Assembly (NCBI GenBank): GCA_030704615.1
Contig: CM060733.1
Location: 8,370,001 to 8,434,000 of the forward strand
Direction: 5' to 3'
Length of the DNA: 64,000 nucleotides
Source: Takakia lepidozioides
Lineage: Eukaryota; Plantae; Bryophyta
Shown here piece after piece: positions 62,487 to 64,000 of this stretch (its first letter is position 1; the number at the start of each line of letters is the position of its first letter). The notes under the pieces were generated by a model. The model was given only the letters and a program-made list of their open reading frames with translations, ran no database searches and was not told the DNA's origin. Both the position numbers and the translations under genes were made by a program.

Positions 62487-63278
62487 CATGTGTGCATTGC
62501 AATGCTTGTGCAAGCTTGGCAGCCCTTGAGAAGGGCAAAGAGGTGCATGGGGATATCATCAAAGCTGGAATTGTACCTAATGTCATTCTAAACACTGCCC
62601 TGGCAGCTCTGGAAAGGGGGAAGGAGGTCCATGGTGACATCTTCAGAGCTGGAATTGTACCAAATGTCATTCTGAACAATACCCTAGTGGACATGTATGC
62701 AAAATGTGGGTGCATCGAGGATGCAAAGGGAGTGTTCAACACTATGGCTGAACGAGATGGTGTCATGGAGTGCGATGCTTGCAGGGTATGCACAATAGGG
62801 TCGTGGGATGGAAGCTTTGGAGACCTATGAGCAAATGATGGGGGAAGGGGTTCAGCCGGCCACATCACGTTTGTATGCATTGCAGGCCTGGCAGCCCTGG
62901 AGAAGGGCAAAGAGGTGCATGGGGATATCATCAAAGCTGGAATTGTACCTAATGTCATTCGAAACACTACCCTAGCAGCTCTGGAAAAGGGGAAGGAGGT
63001 CCATGGTGACACCTTAAGAGCTGGAATTGTACCAAATGTCATTTTGAACAATACCCTAGTGGACATGTATGCAAAATGTGGGTGCATCGAGGATGCAAAG
63101 AGAGTGTTCAACACTATGGCTGAACGAGATGTGGTGTCGTGGAGTGCGATGCTTGCAAGGTATACACAGCAGGGATGTGGGATGGAGGCTTTGGAGACCT
63201 ATGAGCAAAAGATGGGGGAAGGGGTTCAGCCCGGCCACATCATGTTTGTGTGCATTGCAGGCCTGGCAGCCCTAATTT
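62487..63278 (+). pseudogene. Tandemly duplicated PLS-class PPR pseudogene
   Basis: CIACASLAALEKGKEVHGDIIKAGIVPNV..NTLVDMYAKCGCIEDAKGVFNTMAERD occurs twice, each with an internal repeat; frameshifts. Confidence 0.88.
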
Positions 63279-63296
63279 AAATCAGGCACCTCAACC

Positions 63297-64000
63297 ATGA
63301 CCACAGCTTCTAAAAGAGGATCAAGAGAGGGAGTCCATAATGCCTCTTTTGGCTCTTCTAGGCATGTGAAGATGCTTTGTGAGGCAGGCATACTGAAAGA
63401 GGCTCTACAACCTTTAAACCAAGGAGCATTTCAGCAGATTCAGATATGTATGTCTGTCTCTTGCGTAAGTGCGTCAAGAAGCTGGAAAGCAGGTGCACAC
63501 TCACATTATCCAAAGTGGATTCACGCCAAGTGTTTTTCTCCTCAACACCCTTGTGAACATGTATGTTAAGTGCAGGAGCATCATGAATGCACACCGAGTG
63601 TTCAACGGAATGCCTCAACGAACTTTGATCACATTGAATATAATGTTGGCAGGATTTAACATGGGTGTGGTAGGAATGCTTTGGAGACCTATGAGCAAAT
63701 GTTGCGCGAAGGGCCGGTGAAGCCCAACCACATCACCTTTGTTGGTGTTTGCAATGCGTGTGCAAGCCTGGGAGCCCTGGAAAAAGGGAAAGAGGTCCAT
63801 GCTGACATCGTCAAAGCTGGAATTGTACCAGATGTCATCCTAAAACTGACAGGTTTGCCAAATGTGGGTGCATTCAGGATGCGAAGGGAGTATTCCACAC
63901 TCTGGCTGAACGAGATGTGGTGTCGTGGAACGCGATGCTTGCAGGGTATGCACAGCAAGGGTACGGGATGGAGGCTTTGGAGACCTATGATGGGGGCAGG
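63297..64000 (+). pseudogene. PLS-class PPR pseudogene (N-terminal part)
   Basis: LCEAGILKEAL, GKQVHTHIIQSGFTPSVFLLNTLVNMYVKCRSIMNAHRVFNGM, ERDVVSWNAMLAGYAQQG, with multiple frameshifts. Confidence 0.85.

Overview
Repeat-rich nuclear DNA from a land plant, probably a non-seed plant (bryophyte/lycophyte-like), judged from PLS-class PPR relics, a two-exon CYP78A gene and moss-type transposon proteins. Only one host gene is clearly intact: CYP78A (48618-50502, minus), with about 5 kb of GC-rich, TE-free upstream DNA. The rest is nested transposons. These are (i) a broken Mutator-like transposase split by a 1.2-kb TIR element with an 8-bp TSD; (ii) a 7.5-kb Mutator-like element (6657-14144, perfect 9-bp TSD) inserted in a Ty3/gypsy LTR; (iii) a full-length 13.3-kb non-chromovirus Ty3/gypsy element (23932-37265) with extra ORFs upstream of gag and downstream of pol; (iv) an internally deleted L1-like LINE; and (v) ATP23 and PPR gene fragments. 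The most striking signal is the 7.5-kb element. It carries an intron-containing pseudogene with the motif order of a bacterial-type beta-class DNA amino-(N4C/N6A)-methyltransferase, transcribed away from a SWIM-finger transposase remnant. Between the two lies an array of 26-28-bp GGCGCC-centred palindromes phased at about 63 bp. A diverged paralog at 38999-40045 supplies the missing catalytic half of the methyltransferase fold. All assignments are by eye; no searches were run.
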